Virus record (IMG/VR): IMGVR_UViG_2778261164_000001
Location: 20,803 to 84,802 of that record
Source of the DNA: a virus
Lineage: Duplodnaviria; Heunggongvirae; Uroviricota; Caudoviricetes
DNA length: 64,000 nt
Reading direction: 5' to 3' (one strand)
The notes beneath the pieces were generated by a model. That model was not told the origin of the DNA, did no database searches, and saw only the letters and a list, made by a program, of their open reading frames with translations. Shown here in pieces: positions 32,847 to 41,600 of the stretch. The translations under genes were made by a program, and so were the position numbers. The first letter of the stretch is position 1. Each line of letters opens with the position of its first letter.

Positions 32847-33053
32847 TTGTGAGTCTGGCTGGTTAGTGGCCATGAGATATTCGATTGTGTCAGTGAGATC
32901 ATCCAGGTCGTCTTGAGTGATGCGGTACTCCTGATTGGATATCTTTGAGTAGTGTTCAGCAATGGCGCGGGCAGCGTCGGTTTCGGCGGGGTCTACAGAT
33001 AAAGCGTTAGAGCAATGTCTAACGTCGTCGATGGTTGGTGGAATGAAAGCCAT
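32844..33053 (-). CDS. coi: C1 inactivator
   Basis: 69-aa ORF directly upstream of c1 on the same strand. Confidence 0.85.
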   Translation of the reverse strand: MAFIPPTIDDVRHCSNALSVDPAETDAARAIAEHYSKISNQEYRITQDDLDDLTDTIEYLMATNQPDSQ

Positions 33054-33291
33054 AATTATGCCTCACTGTATTGACAACACAGAGCCTGAAGCTCTGACCT
33101 ACTGTTTCACCCATGTTCCATGCTGGGGTAATCTAACAACATTGCGCTGTGTGTAAGATGAGCAATGCATAGCTGTAATGCCGTTGTATAAGGTTTCCCT
33201 GTTTGCTCATTTCCTTCTGAGCCGCTCTACAACGCTGAAGACACATTAAATAGTGAATCCAAAGTCGTATTACGAAACGGCGGCAAAACTA

Positions 33292-33308
33292 TAATTTATT
33301 AGAGCAAT
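33292..33308. promoter_or_regulatory. C1 operator (reverse orientation)
   Basis: AATTTATTAGAGCAAT is the exact reverse complement of ATTGCTCTAATAAATT. Confidence 0.6.
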
Positions 33309-33374
33309 TGTCAAACAACTATGAAAAACAATCCAGTTTTTAGCTGGTGGAGTGGGATTTTTCTCTCAAAATTT

Positions 33375-33391
33375 ATTGCTCTAATAATTCT
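33375..33391. promoter_or_regulatory. C1 operator
   Basis: ATTGCTCTAATAATTCT. Confidence 0.6.
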
Positions 33392-33434
33392 TGATTTTTG
33401 TGCGCAGCTGGACGTAAACTCCTCTTCGGACCTG

Positions 33435-33468
33435 ATAACTTCGTATAGCATACATTATACGAAGTTAT
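33435..33468. other. loxP site-specific recombination site
   Basis: Exact 34-bp loxP: ATAACTTCGTATA-GCATACAT-TATACGAAGTTAT. Confidence 0.97.
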
Positions 33469-33487
33469 CTTAAGGGTTATTGAACAT

Positions 33488-33560
33488 GATCAATTTACCT
33501 GTAAATCCATACAGTTCAATACCTTATCAGGTCAAATAGTGATCACTTGATCATTTGATC
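33488..33560. promoter_or_regulatory. GATC (Dam site) cluster in the cre upstream region
   Basis: GATC at 33488, 33541, 33549 and 33557 (TGATCACTTGATCATTTGATCA) between loxP and cre. Confidence 0.5.
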
Positions 33561-33657
33561 AAGGTTGTGCTACGTAAAATCTGCGAAATGTTGGCAGTGT
33601 TAGTGCTCCAGATTTCGCGTAGCGCACTTAGCACCACCAATCAATCAGAGGTGAAAA

Positions 33658-33879
33658 ATGGGATATTCAGCTGCTAAAGTGTCCACTCATATTGAGCTTG
33701 AGAAAAACCGTGGTTACTGGCGGGCAAAAGGGTTTGATCGTGATAGTTGTCAACTGTCATTATCGCGCGGTGAAGAGAAAATAGAACGCACGCGCGGTCG
33801 CTGGCGTTTCTATGACGAGAACCATAAACAGGTAAAGGCAGAGCCGATCCTGTACACTTTACTTAAAACCATTATCTGA
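33658..33879 (+). CDS. hypothetical small protein in the cre leader
   Basis: 73-aa ORF ending 8 nt before the cre ATG; may instead be untranslated leader. Confidence 0.3.
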   Translation: MGYSAAKVSTHIELEKNRGYWRAKGFDRDSCQLSLSRGEEKIERTRGRWRFYDENHKQVKAEPILYTLLKTII

Positions 33880-33886
33880 GTGTTAA

Positions 33887-34918
33887 ATGTCCAATTTACT
33901 GACCGTACACCAAAATTTGCCTGCATTACCGGTCGATGCAACGAGTGATGAGGTTCGCAAGAACCTGATGGACATGTTCAGGGATCGCCAGGCGTTTTCT
34001 GAGCATACCTGGAAAATGCTTCTGTCCGTTTGCCGGTCGTGGGCGGCATGGTGCAAGTTGAATAACCGGAAATGGTTTCCCGCAGAACCTGAAGATGTTC
34101 GCGATTATCTTCTATATCTTCAGGCGCGCGGTCTGGCAGTAAAAACTATCCAGCAACATTTGGGCCAGCTAAACATGCTTCATCGTCGGTCCGGGCTGCC
34201 ACGACCAAGTGACAGCAACGCTGTTTCACTAGTCATGCGGCGGATCCGAAAAGAAAACGTTGATGCCGGTGAACGTGCAAAACAGGCACTAGCGTTCGAA
34301 CGCACTGATTTCGACCAGGTTCGTTCACTCATGGAAAATAGCGATCGCTGCCAGGATATACGTAATCTGGCATTTCTGGGGATTGCTTATAACACCCTGT
34401 TACGTATAGCCGAAATTGCCAGGATCAGGGTTAAAGATATCTCACGTACTGACGGTGGGAGAATGTTAATCCATATTGGCAGAACGAAAACGCTGGTTAG
34501 CACCGCAGGTGTAGAGAAGGCACTTAGCCTGGGGGTAACTAAACTGGTCGAGCGATGGATTTCTGTCTCTGGTGTGGCTGATGATCCGAATAACTACTTG
34601 TTTTGCCGGGTCAGAAAAAATGGTGTTGCCTCGCCATCATCCACCAGCCAGCTATCAACTCGCGCCCTGGAAGGGATTTTTGAAGCAACTCACCGATTGA
34701 TTTACGGGGCTAAGGATGACTCTGGTCAGAGGTACCTGGCCTGGTCTGGACACAGTGCCCGTGTCGGAGCCGCGCGAGATATGGCCCGCGCCGGAGTTTC
34801 AATACCGGAGATCATGCAAGCTGGTGGCTGGACCAACGTAAATATTGTCATGAACTATATCCGTAATCTGGATAGTGAAACGGGGGCAATGGTGCGCCTG
34901 CTGGAAGATGGTGATTAG
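33887..34918 (+). CDS. cre: Cre tyrosine recombinase
   Basis: 343-aa product MSNLLTVHQNLPALPVDATSDEVRKNLMDMFRDRQAFSEHTWKMLLSVCRSWAAWCKLNNRKWFPAEPEDVRDYLLYLQARGLAVKTIQQHLGQLNMLHRRSGLPRPSDSNAVSLVMRRIRKENVDAGERAKQALAFERTDFDQVRSLMENSDRCQDIRNLAFLGIAYNTLLRIAEIARIRVKDISRTDGGRMLIHIGRTKTLVSTAGVEKALSLGVTKLVERWISVSGVADDPNNYLFCRVRKNGVAAPSATSQLSTRALEGIFEATHRLIYGAKDDSGQRYLAWSGHSARVGAARDMARAGVSIPEIMQAGGWTNVNIVMNYIRNLDSETGAMVRLLEDGD-type sequence recognised as Cre, with the cognate loxP upstream. Confidence 0.98.
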   Translation: MSNLLTVHQNLPALPVDATSDEVRKNLMDMFRDRQAFSEHTWKMLLSVCRSWAAWCKLNNRKWFPAEPEDVRDYLLYLQARGLAVKTIQQHLGQLNMLHRRSGLPRPSDSNAVSLVMRRIRKENVDAGERAKQALAFERTDFDQVRSLMENSDRCQDIRNLAFLGIAYNTLLRIAEIARIRVKDISRTDGGRMLIHIGRTKTLVSTAGVEKALSLGVTKLVERWISVSGVADDPNNYLFCRVRKNGVASPSSTSQLSTRALEGIFEATHRLIYGAKDDSGQRYLAWSGHSARVGAARDMARAGVSIPEIMQAGGWTNVNIVMNYIRNLDSETGAMVRLLEDGD

Positions 34919-34935
34919 CCGTCAATGTACAATAA

Positions 34936-34952
34936 ATTGCTCTAATTATTTG
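34936..34952. promoter_or_regulatory. C1 operator upstream of cra
   Basis: ATTGCTCTAATTATTTG. Confidence 0.55.
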
Positions 34953-34968
34953 ATATTTATGGTGGCAT

Positions 34969-35280
34969 ATGAGAAAGGATTTCAACATCGACGGAAAATA
35001 TGTAGTGCTGTCTGTAAGCACTAATATTCAGTCGCCAGCCGTCATTGTCACTGTAAAGCTGAGCGATAGAATGCCTGATATTGACTCAATATCCGTTGCG
35101 TTTCCTGTCAAAAGTATGCGTAGTGCTGAACATTTCGTAATGAATGCCACCGAGGAAGAAGCACGGCGCGGTCTTGGTAAAGTGATGTCTGAGTTTGGCG
35201 AATTTCTGGGGCACGTTAACAAAGCCCTCACAATCAGTTCAGCAAGGTCCAAAGCGTTAACAGCTTCCATGATGAAATAA
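34969..35280 (+). CDS. cra: small protein following cre
   Basis: 103-aa ORF at the position P1 cra occupies between cre and ref; operator in its promoter. Confidence 0.5.
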   Translation: MRKDFNIDGKYVVLSVSTNIQSPAVIVTVKLSDRMPDIDSISVAFPVKSMRSAEHFVMNATEEEARRGLGKVMSEFGEFLGHVNKALTISSARSKALTASMMK

Positions 35281-35411
35281 AAAAAGCCTGGCAAGGAGCC
35301 AGGCTGCACAAAAGAGCGGGTTTGTATTCCGCATCCAATCAATCAAGAAGGAGTATAGCACACAGGTACTGAAGTGAAAAAATGTGATTCGCGATAAACA
35401 AAATATCTACC

Positions 35412-35428
35412 ATTGCTCTAATTGATTG
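35412..35428. promoter_or_regulatory. C1 operator with adjacent -10 (TATAAT at 35431-35436)
   Basis: ATTGCTCTAATTGATTG followed by CTATAAT. Confidence 0.6.
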
Positions 35429-35493
35429 CTATAATTGAGCCGCAGTTTTTGTCAACTACGAAGACGTTGCCATTACTTCACTCCTTGACATCA

Positions 35494-35523
35494 TTGGCGG
35501 CCATTAGGCCGCCTTTTTTTTGA
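35494..35523 (+). terminator. hairpin + T8 (terminator or attenuator) just upstream of ref
   Basis: GGCGGCC-ATTA-GGCCGCC followed by eight T residues. Confidence 0.5.
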
Positions 35524-35527
35524 CCAT

Positions 35528-36088
35528 ATGAAAACAATCGAACAAAAAATTGAACAGTGCCGCAAGTGGCAGAAGGCAGCCAGAGAACGAGCGATCGCTC
35601 GGCAACGGGAGAAGTTGGCTGATCCGGTCTGGCGAGAATCTCAATATCAGAAAATGCGGGATACTATCGACCGCCGTATCGCTAAACAGAAAGAACGCCC
35701 ACCAGCCAGCAAAACGCGGAAAAGCGCGGTAAAAATAAAATCTCGTGGCTTGAAGGGGAGAACACCAACGGCGGAGGAACGGCGCATCGCCAATGCTCTT
35801 GGCGCTCTCCCCTGCATTGCCTGCTATATGCATGGAGTAATATCTAATGAGGTGTCTCTGCACCATATCGCCGGTCGTACCGCGCCGGGTTGTCATAAAA
35901 AGCAATTGCCACTTTGTAGATGGCACCACCAGCATGCAGCACCGGCTGAAGTAAGAGCAAAATACCCCTGGCTGGTCCCTGTTCATGCCGATGGTGTGGT
36001 TGGAGGCAAGAAAGAATTCACCCTGCTGAACAAGTCAGAGATGGAGTTACTGGCTGACGCCTATGAGATGGCAAACATCATGCACTAA
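35528..36088 (+). CDS. ref: recombination enhancement function, HNH endonuclease
   Basis: 186 aa; basic N-terminus and HNH-like core (CxxC...HH...CxxH: CIACYMHGVISNEVSLHHIAG...CRWHHQH). Confidence 0.85.
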   Translation: MKTIEQKIEQCRKWQKAARERAIARQREKLADPVWRESQYQKMRDTIDRRIAKQKERPPASKTRKSAVKIKSRGLKGRTPTAEERRIANALGALPCIACYMHGVISNEVSLHHIAGRTAPGCHKKQLPLCRWHHQHAAPAEVRAKYPWLVPVHADGVVGGKKEFTLLNKSEMELLADAYEMANIMH

Positions 36089-36277
36089 TAAATATATTAT
36101 TTTTAATGATAAATGATTGACAACTGACAAGTGACTTCAGTCAGAATCATCACACGCCCGGTACGGATGGATCCCTTTTCAAATATTCCATGGACGGCAC
36201 AGTCTGAGTACCGGGCGCTACCTTCAGTTGTATTGCTAAGCCGCCGCTGGTGGCTTTTCTTTTTTGTAGGGGGCGCT

Positions 36278-36919
36278 ATGGATAAGAAAATATGCGTTGT
36301 TTCGATGAGCGTCGGCAAACCGGCGTCAATGACTGCTGCATGGATCAATAACGAGCTGATAATGGCTGAGCGGACCAGCTACCCTGAACGCCGCCGCGAC
36401 ATGGAACTCCAGCTGCTGCGCGAATTGCGAGAAAAAGAGGAAAAGGGTTTTATCGTGCTGGTGGAAGAGGAAAACAGCTTTATTACTGGTCGAGTTGGCC
36501 AGCGTGTAAGGTTGCGCGATCCCTTCATGAACGGCAGGCCGGTACTAATTGAGGCAATGCAGATTTATAAGGAGCTAGAACGCCAGAAAGCAATCAAGTT
36601 ACCGCGCAAGGAATCCGGCAAATACATCCTCCACCAAAGCATCTTCGATTCCGAACACGATAAAAAAGGCGATGAATTTTTCAACATCAACTGGAGCGAA
36701 ATAACGACAGAGCATGTTCTGACGTTACTATGTTGCTTTGCGACGGAATACAACAACGTTGCCAGCGCCGACTACATCAGGGCAATGGTTGGAGAAATTG
36801 ATGCCCGCCAAGAACCGTCGTTACTAAGCTCCCTTGTGAATATAATTCAAGCTACTCATGAAATGACCGCACGGAAAGTGCCTCAAGGTTCATTAACCGG
36901 CAGAGATAATTATCTTTAA
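36278..36919 (+). CDS. mat: protein at the mat position
   Basis: ATG at 36278 with AGGGGG RBS (track ORF from 36131 trimmed); 213 aa; positional assignment only. Confidence 0.45.
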   Translation: MDKKICVVSMSVGKPASMTAAWINNELIMAERTSYPERRRDMELQLLRELREKEEKGFIVLVEEENSFITGRVGQRVRLRDPFMNGRPVLIEAMQIYKELERQKAIKLPRKESGKYILHQSIFDSEHDKKGDEFFNINWSEITTEHVLTLLCCFATEYNNVASADYIRAMVGEIDARQEPSLLSSLVNIIQATHEMTARKVPQGSLTGRDNYL

Positions 36920-36961
36920 ACTTCTTGGGCGCTAACTATGCGCCCACGCCCATTACATTAA

Positions 36962-37912
36962 TTAATCAATAAATACACGGAATGGCTCAAGCATCCCTTC
37001 AGGATCTTTATCCTCGTCACCAAGTGATATTAGTCTTCTGGCGAGTAGTTTTACGTCATCATCATCTTTAATGAAGCCAACCTGATCATTATTAAAATAG
37101 ATATCGATTATTTTTAGGATTTGCTCTTGTGTAAAATGATTGAATTTTAATAACTTTGCTACAACTCGATGTGTTGTGGCAAAACTGCCTGAGCGGCGTA
37201 ATTCATCTATAGTGAAATTAACTTCCATTTCCGCTAAGTTACTGGCTTGAGGAAAGTGCTCACCTATAAACTCTGATAAGCGGGCATAGATATGTGGTTC
37301 TGAATCTTTCTTCTTTTTCCACTCGTACTTCAAATACTCATTCATATCATCCTTTATAAAGGCACTTTTATAATCACCATCTTCAGTTATAATGTATATA
37401 TCCTCTCCGTTTGGTATCGCCTTTAGCAAACACTCCCAATTGACTGCATCACCATATGATTTATTTTTACCCGGAGGGTTGCCAAGATCGAATCGGCGTT
37501 TCCCTTTTTCTATTGTTTCATCATCAGCCTCTATCTTAGACGCTGCATCAAAAATCCTTTTAATTACAACATCGGCAGCTAAAGACTCTTCTTTAAATAA
37601 GTTCTGTATATCGGTAATAATTTCATTCTTTAGCCGACTAGCTTCTATAACCTTATCATTAAATAGTGAATGTTTTTCATGCTGCCTGAAAATCTGTGGT
37701 AGCGCGGGCTTGTAGTCTTTTGCAATTTCCTTTATGGTTTCAGAGAGAACTTTAGAACGATTTCTCCAGAACTCATTCACTAAAAGTTCTGGCAACCAAA
37801 GTTTTAAACGACCATATTGATGTAAGGCAAATACTTTATCTAGCTCATCTAGTTTATCCTTACCCATTCGATAAAATTCCAAATATAGATTTGTATCAAT
37901 AAAAACATTCAT
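36962..37912 (-). CDS. PIN-like nuclease domain protein with a C-terminal domain of unknown function; candidate defence/abortive-infection cargo
   Basis: 316 aa; N-terminus MNVFIDTNLYLEFY, later YGDAVNWECLL and IYIITEDGDY give the conserved acidic PIN residues; GGA RBS and TATAAT upstream; AT-rich relative to its neighbours (by eye). Confidence 0.7.
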   Translation of the reverse strand: MNVFIDTNLYLEFYRMGKDKLDELDKVFALHQYGRLKLWLPELLVNEFWRNRSKVLSETIKEIAKDYKPALPQIFRQHEKHSLFNDKVIEASRLKNEIITDIQNLFKEESLAADVVIKRIFDAASKIEADDETIEKGKRRFDLGNPPGKNKSYGDAVNWECLLKAIPNGEDIYIITEDGDYKSAFIKDDMNEYLKYEWKKKKDSEPHIYARLSEFIGEHFPQASNLAEMEVNFTIDELRRSGSFATTHRVVAKLLKFNHFTQEQILKIIDIYFNNDQVGFIKDDDDVKLLARRLISLGDEDKDPEGMLEPFRVFID

Positions 37913-37973
37913 ATCACATCCTAATTATAAGTAATTTAGGCCACTCTAAAAAATAAAGTGGCCTAATAAGAAA

Positions 37974-38222
37974 TCAATCAGCATTCAGAAGCAATGCGTT
38001 ATCTATGATGATCTGCTCCCATTCTTCGAATGCCCGATCGCGGACACCTTGGGGAACACTGTTAGTTTTGAAATCGACGACCGTCCGCCATTTCCCGTCC
38101 GGGCGGTACATGCGCAGAGCTTTACTTCCCCCTTCCCTGCGCACCTCAACGTTATGCTTGTCAGCAAACTCTTGTAATGCTCGTAGCGTCCCATGCTTTA
38201 CTGTGTAGTATCGCTTTTTCAA
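37974..38222 (-). CDS. lxc: small basic protein at the lxc position
   Basis: 82-aa ORF overlapping the ulx stop; positional assignment downstream of darB-ulx. Confidence 0.6.
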   Translation of the reverse strand: MKKRYYTVKHGTLRALQEFADKHNVEVRREGGSKALRMYRPDGKWRTVVDFKTNSVPQGVRDRAFEEWEQIIIDNALLLNAD

Positions 38223-38659
38223 GTTTTCTCTCCAGCCTGTGCCAAGGCTTCAACTTCCAAATCGTAAGACTCAAACTCATAGTCCTGGTCGTCAACTTCT
38301 TCAGGCACTGGCAGTAAATGCCAGGCTGAGTATATCTGACCATTATCAAAACGCTCCTGGCTGTAGAGCGTCGCGGCTATGAGTGTTAGCGCCGGGCGGT
38401 CATAACGGTAAATTTTGCGAACGTCACGGTCAACGAGACGACCGAAATTACCATAACCGCGCTCCAGTAATAATTTTTTAATTTCCGGCCAGTATGGACC
38501 ATAGCTGCGGTACAGGCGGGGATTTTTCAGTAATCGCCCGCGTAGCCCTGACAGGAAGAAATCAACGTATTCGTCTTCTGTCTTTCCTAACAACGCCGTA
38601 CGCAGTACCGCCTCAAGATATGTTTTATTCGGTTTTATTGTATCAGATAGTGTGGCCAT
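38219..38659 (-). CDS. ulx: protein at the ulx position (Dar system associated)
   Basis: 146-aa ORF immediately downstream of darB on the same strand. Confidence 0.55.
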   Translation of the reverse strand: MATLSDTIKPNKTYLEAVLRTALLGKTEDEYVDFFLSGLRGRLLKNPRLYRSYGPYWPEIKKLLLERGYGNFGRLVDRDVRKIYRYDRPALTLIAATLYSQERFDNGQIYSAWHLLPVPEEVDDQDYEFESYDLEVEALAQAGEKT

Positions 38660-38692
38660 ATTATGCGACGCCCGGCGAACCGGGCGCTCCTG

Positions 38693-41600
38693 TTATGCGT
38701 ATTGTTGGATGACGGCCAGAACGTCCGCCACGTTGTGTTTTGTCTCGATAATCCACCAGTTACCCGGGAAATCGCTGTTCTTTGCCTTCGCTGGCAGCCA
38801 GCGAGCGCCGAATTTCGCCTTGATTGCGTCTTTCGCACGGAAAAGAATGCCTTTCATGCCGGACGCCTCCTGAAGCCCAAATACCTCGCCAGCGGCGAAT
38901 TTTGGTGCGTACATCATCTTCAGGTCGGCGGTGGATACGCGATAATTCAGACCAAGAGACTGAGCTATGCTGGTGGCATCACCCTGTATTGATGATAACT
39001 CTTCTTGTTTCTCGTTTCTGGCGGCAATTTCTTCCTCCGAGATGTTGCCAAGGGCCAGGTTTATCCGATCAGCGTCTGCCTGTTTCTCTTCATCGGTGCG
39101 CCCGGAAAGTACCGTGTTAATTCTGTGCAATATCTCCACATGATTCTTGCGCATGCTGAGTAATTCCGGCGTAACCTCGTTAAGGTCCACCAGCCCAAGG
39201 ATGGCAAGGTCAGTAAACATTGATACCAGGTTGTAGGTCATGCGATAGCTGAGTTGGCCATAGGCTGATGGCAACTGCACCGCATCCATTTTATAGGCAT
39301 CCATAAATTTAGAGCCGTCGTTTACGACATCCGCAATTGCCGGTGTGATTTTTCCTGTGGTGGCGGCCTCCCTGATTGCTGTTACCCACGATTGAGTCAG
39401 CACGGCGACTGCATGATTCAGATTGGCTTTCCGTTCTGCTGCAATGCGCGCACTTGCTGCGTCCATTGCCTGCTTGATCTCGTCTTTATTACTGTAAATG
39501 CCAATGGTGCCAAACTGTGCTGTGGTGATCTCATAATCTGACGCCCGGAACTCATTGGTACCGAAAATGGCATTGGTGACTTCAAGTTCAGAATCCCCGT
39601 TACGAGTAGCCCCCTGGCTTGTTTTTTCCGGCATTCTGGCGATCGCATCCGCTATTTTCTCCTGAATTGCTTCAGGGGATAGCGTATCTCCGTATGACGC
39701 GATTACATCGCCATAATTGGAGCCAAACAGTTCAACCAGGAATGTTTCTGCCGAACGGATCTGGCGGTTATTCCCTTCCGACATCATACTAAGCACCCAT
39801 TTTGCAATTGACGACTTCAGCGCGCCGTCACGGCGATCCGGGTAAACCGCATGCTTCAGTGGGTCCGTATAGGTACCAACAAAATCAATGCTATAGCCTG
39901 ACTCTGTAGTCTGAACGCCGTATGAGTCAGTGATTTTGATCATGCCGCGCTGCTGGAAACGGTAGAAATCGTCACAGGAAATGATGTCGTTAATCCCGGC
40001 GATGGAGACGCCGCCACTGATTTTCTGCATAACAGCATCTTCATCGGGAGTTACATCAACCTGTTTATCCAGCGTCTTCACATCCCAGTTACCCGATTTG
40101 GTGCCTTTGAAGGTAAAGATGATCTCCACGTCTGCGCGCTGGCTGTCGAAGTCCAGCGACTTAATGCGAACGATATCACCGGCACAATCGTAGTATTGGC
40201 CTACACGCCATGAGCGATCGCCGATAACAAGGAACTCACTCGCATGATTAACCAGGTCAGGATCAACATCCAGAATGCCTTTATTTATTGCATCCTCCAC
40301 CAGCGGGCGCAGGCGTTTGATATCCGTCGCGGCCTTCTGAGTACGGTTCAATAATTTCTCATAGCGGGAGATGGCTTGAGAGATATTAGCCTTGCGCTGA
40401 ATGGCACTTTTCAACGACGCGCGATACTGTGCTAACAACGTACGGTCTGTGTGATGGACGCTACCCCAGCGGGCTTTCCAGTCTGCGTTATCAGCTGCTT
40501 TGGCCTTTACCGCCTGTTTGAATTTAGCTACCTCGGCGGTGGTCTTTTCAAGTTCCGCTTTGCTTCGCTCTAATTCAGCGGTAAGTACCTCCACATCCTC
40601 GCCAGCTGCGTGCTGCGCCTTGATGTAGTTCTGAAGGTCGATAGTAGCCTGTTCTTTCTGGCGAGCGCGTTGCGCGGCTTTCGCCTTATCCATTTGAACC
40701 TGCATCATTGCCAGACGTTCGCCATCATCCTTAGCGGTATACATCTGCATTTCGATCATATCGTTGGCGTCGGCGTTCTCCATTTCTGACTTATCTGAAC
40801 GGAGGATATCGGAGATCCAGCCTGCTTTACGCTTCAGCGTCTTCAGTCGGTATTCATCGAAAGAACCCTTGCCGCAGTAGTAGTGAACGCGAACGCTTGC
40901 ACGGTTGGAGCCAACTCGGGCACCGCGACCGTTACGTTGTGCGATACTGGCTGGAGTCCACGGCAACGTCAGATGATGGATGTCAGTCGTTCCTCGATGC
41001 AGGTTGATACCCACCTCTGCCTTTTTGTTGCAGATGATGATCGGAGTCCGGCCCTCCTGGAAGTCTGCTGCAATCTTTTCCAGACCGCCCAACGACATTT
41101 CATTTTGCTGCGCGATATAGGCGTCATACAGAGCCATTTGCTCGTTGTATTTCGCTATCTGTGCATCTGTTGGTTCATCCGGTAACTCTTTCGGCGGTTT
41201 AACCGCTTTCAGTTTCTTACCGGTTTTACCTGCCTCGGCAACCGTCTGAGCATTCAGGATCCCCACCTTTGAAGGTTCAAGGTTAAGAGCATTGCAGATA
41301 ATGCGCTTGAGCTTCTGGTGCTGCGTTTTTTCGTCCGTGAAGATGATTTGCTTACCTTCCGGGAAAAACTCCTTCAGCGTGGCGATCAGCTTCGCGTATT
41401 TGGGTGTAACGGGGTGAGTTACGGTCTGTTCGTCAATGCCAAAATTGGCCAGGCGCTTATTCACTTCCTGCTCGAACGCTTCCGGAACCTGCAACTGAAT
41501 AAACTCGCCCTTATCTATCAGGGAGTATTGCGATTGCTGCGTGATAGAATCATCACTGTCGTCGTCTTCGCTGGTGGCTTGTTTAGGCAAACTGTCCGCC

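Noticed and set aside
32962-33156. 64-aa plus-strand ORF
   Set aside because: Antisense to coi in the operator region; no RBS.
35504-35986. 160-aa minus-strand ORF
   Set aside because: Antisense shadow of ref, whose HNH motifs and RBS support the plus-strand reading.
36920-37973. Type III restriction-modification genes (res/mod) expected at this position
   Set aside because: The interval is only about 1 kb and encodes one PIN-like protein; no methyltransferase or helicase/endonuclease motifs of a Res/Mod pair are present.
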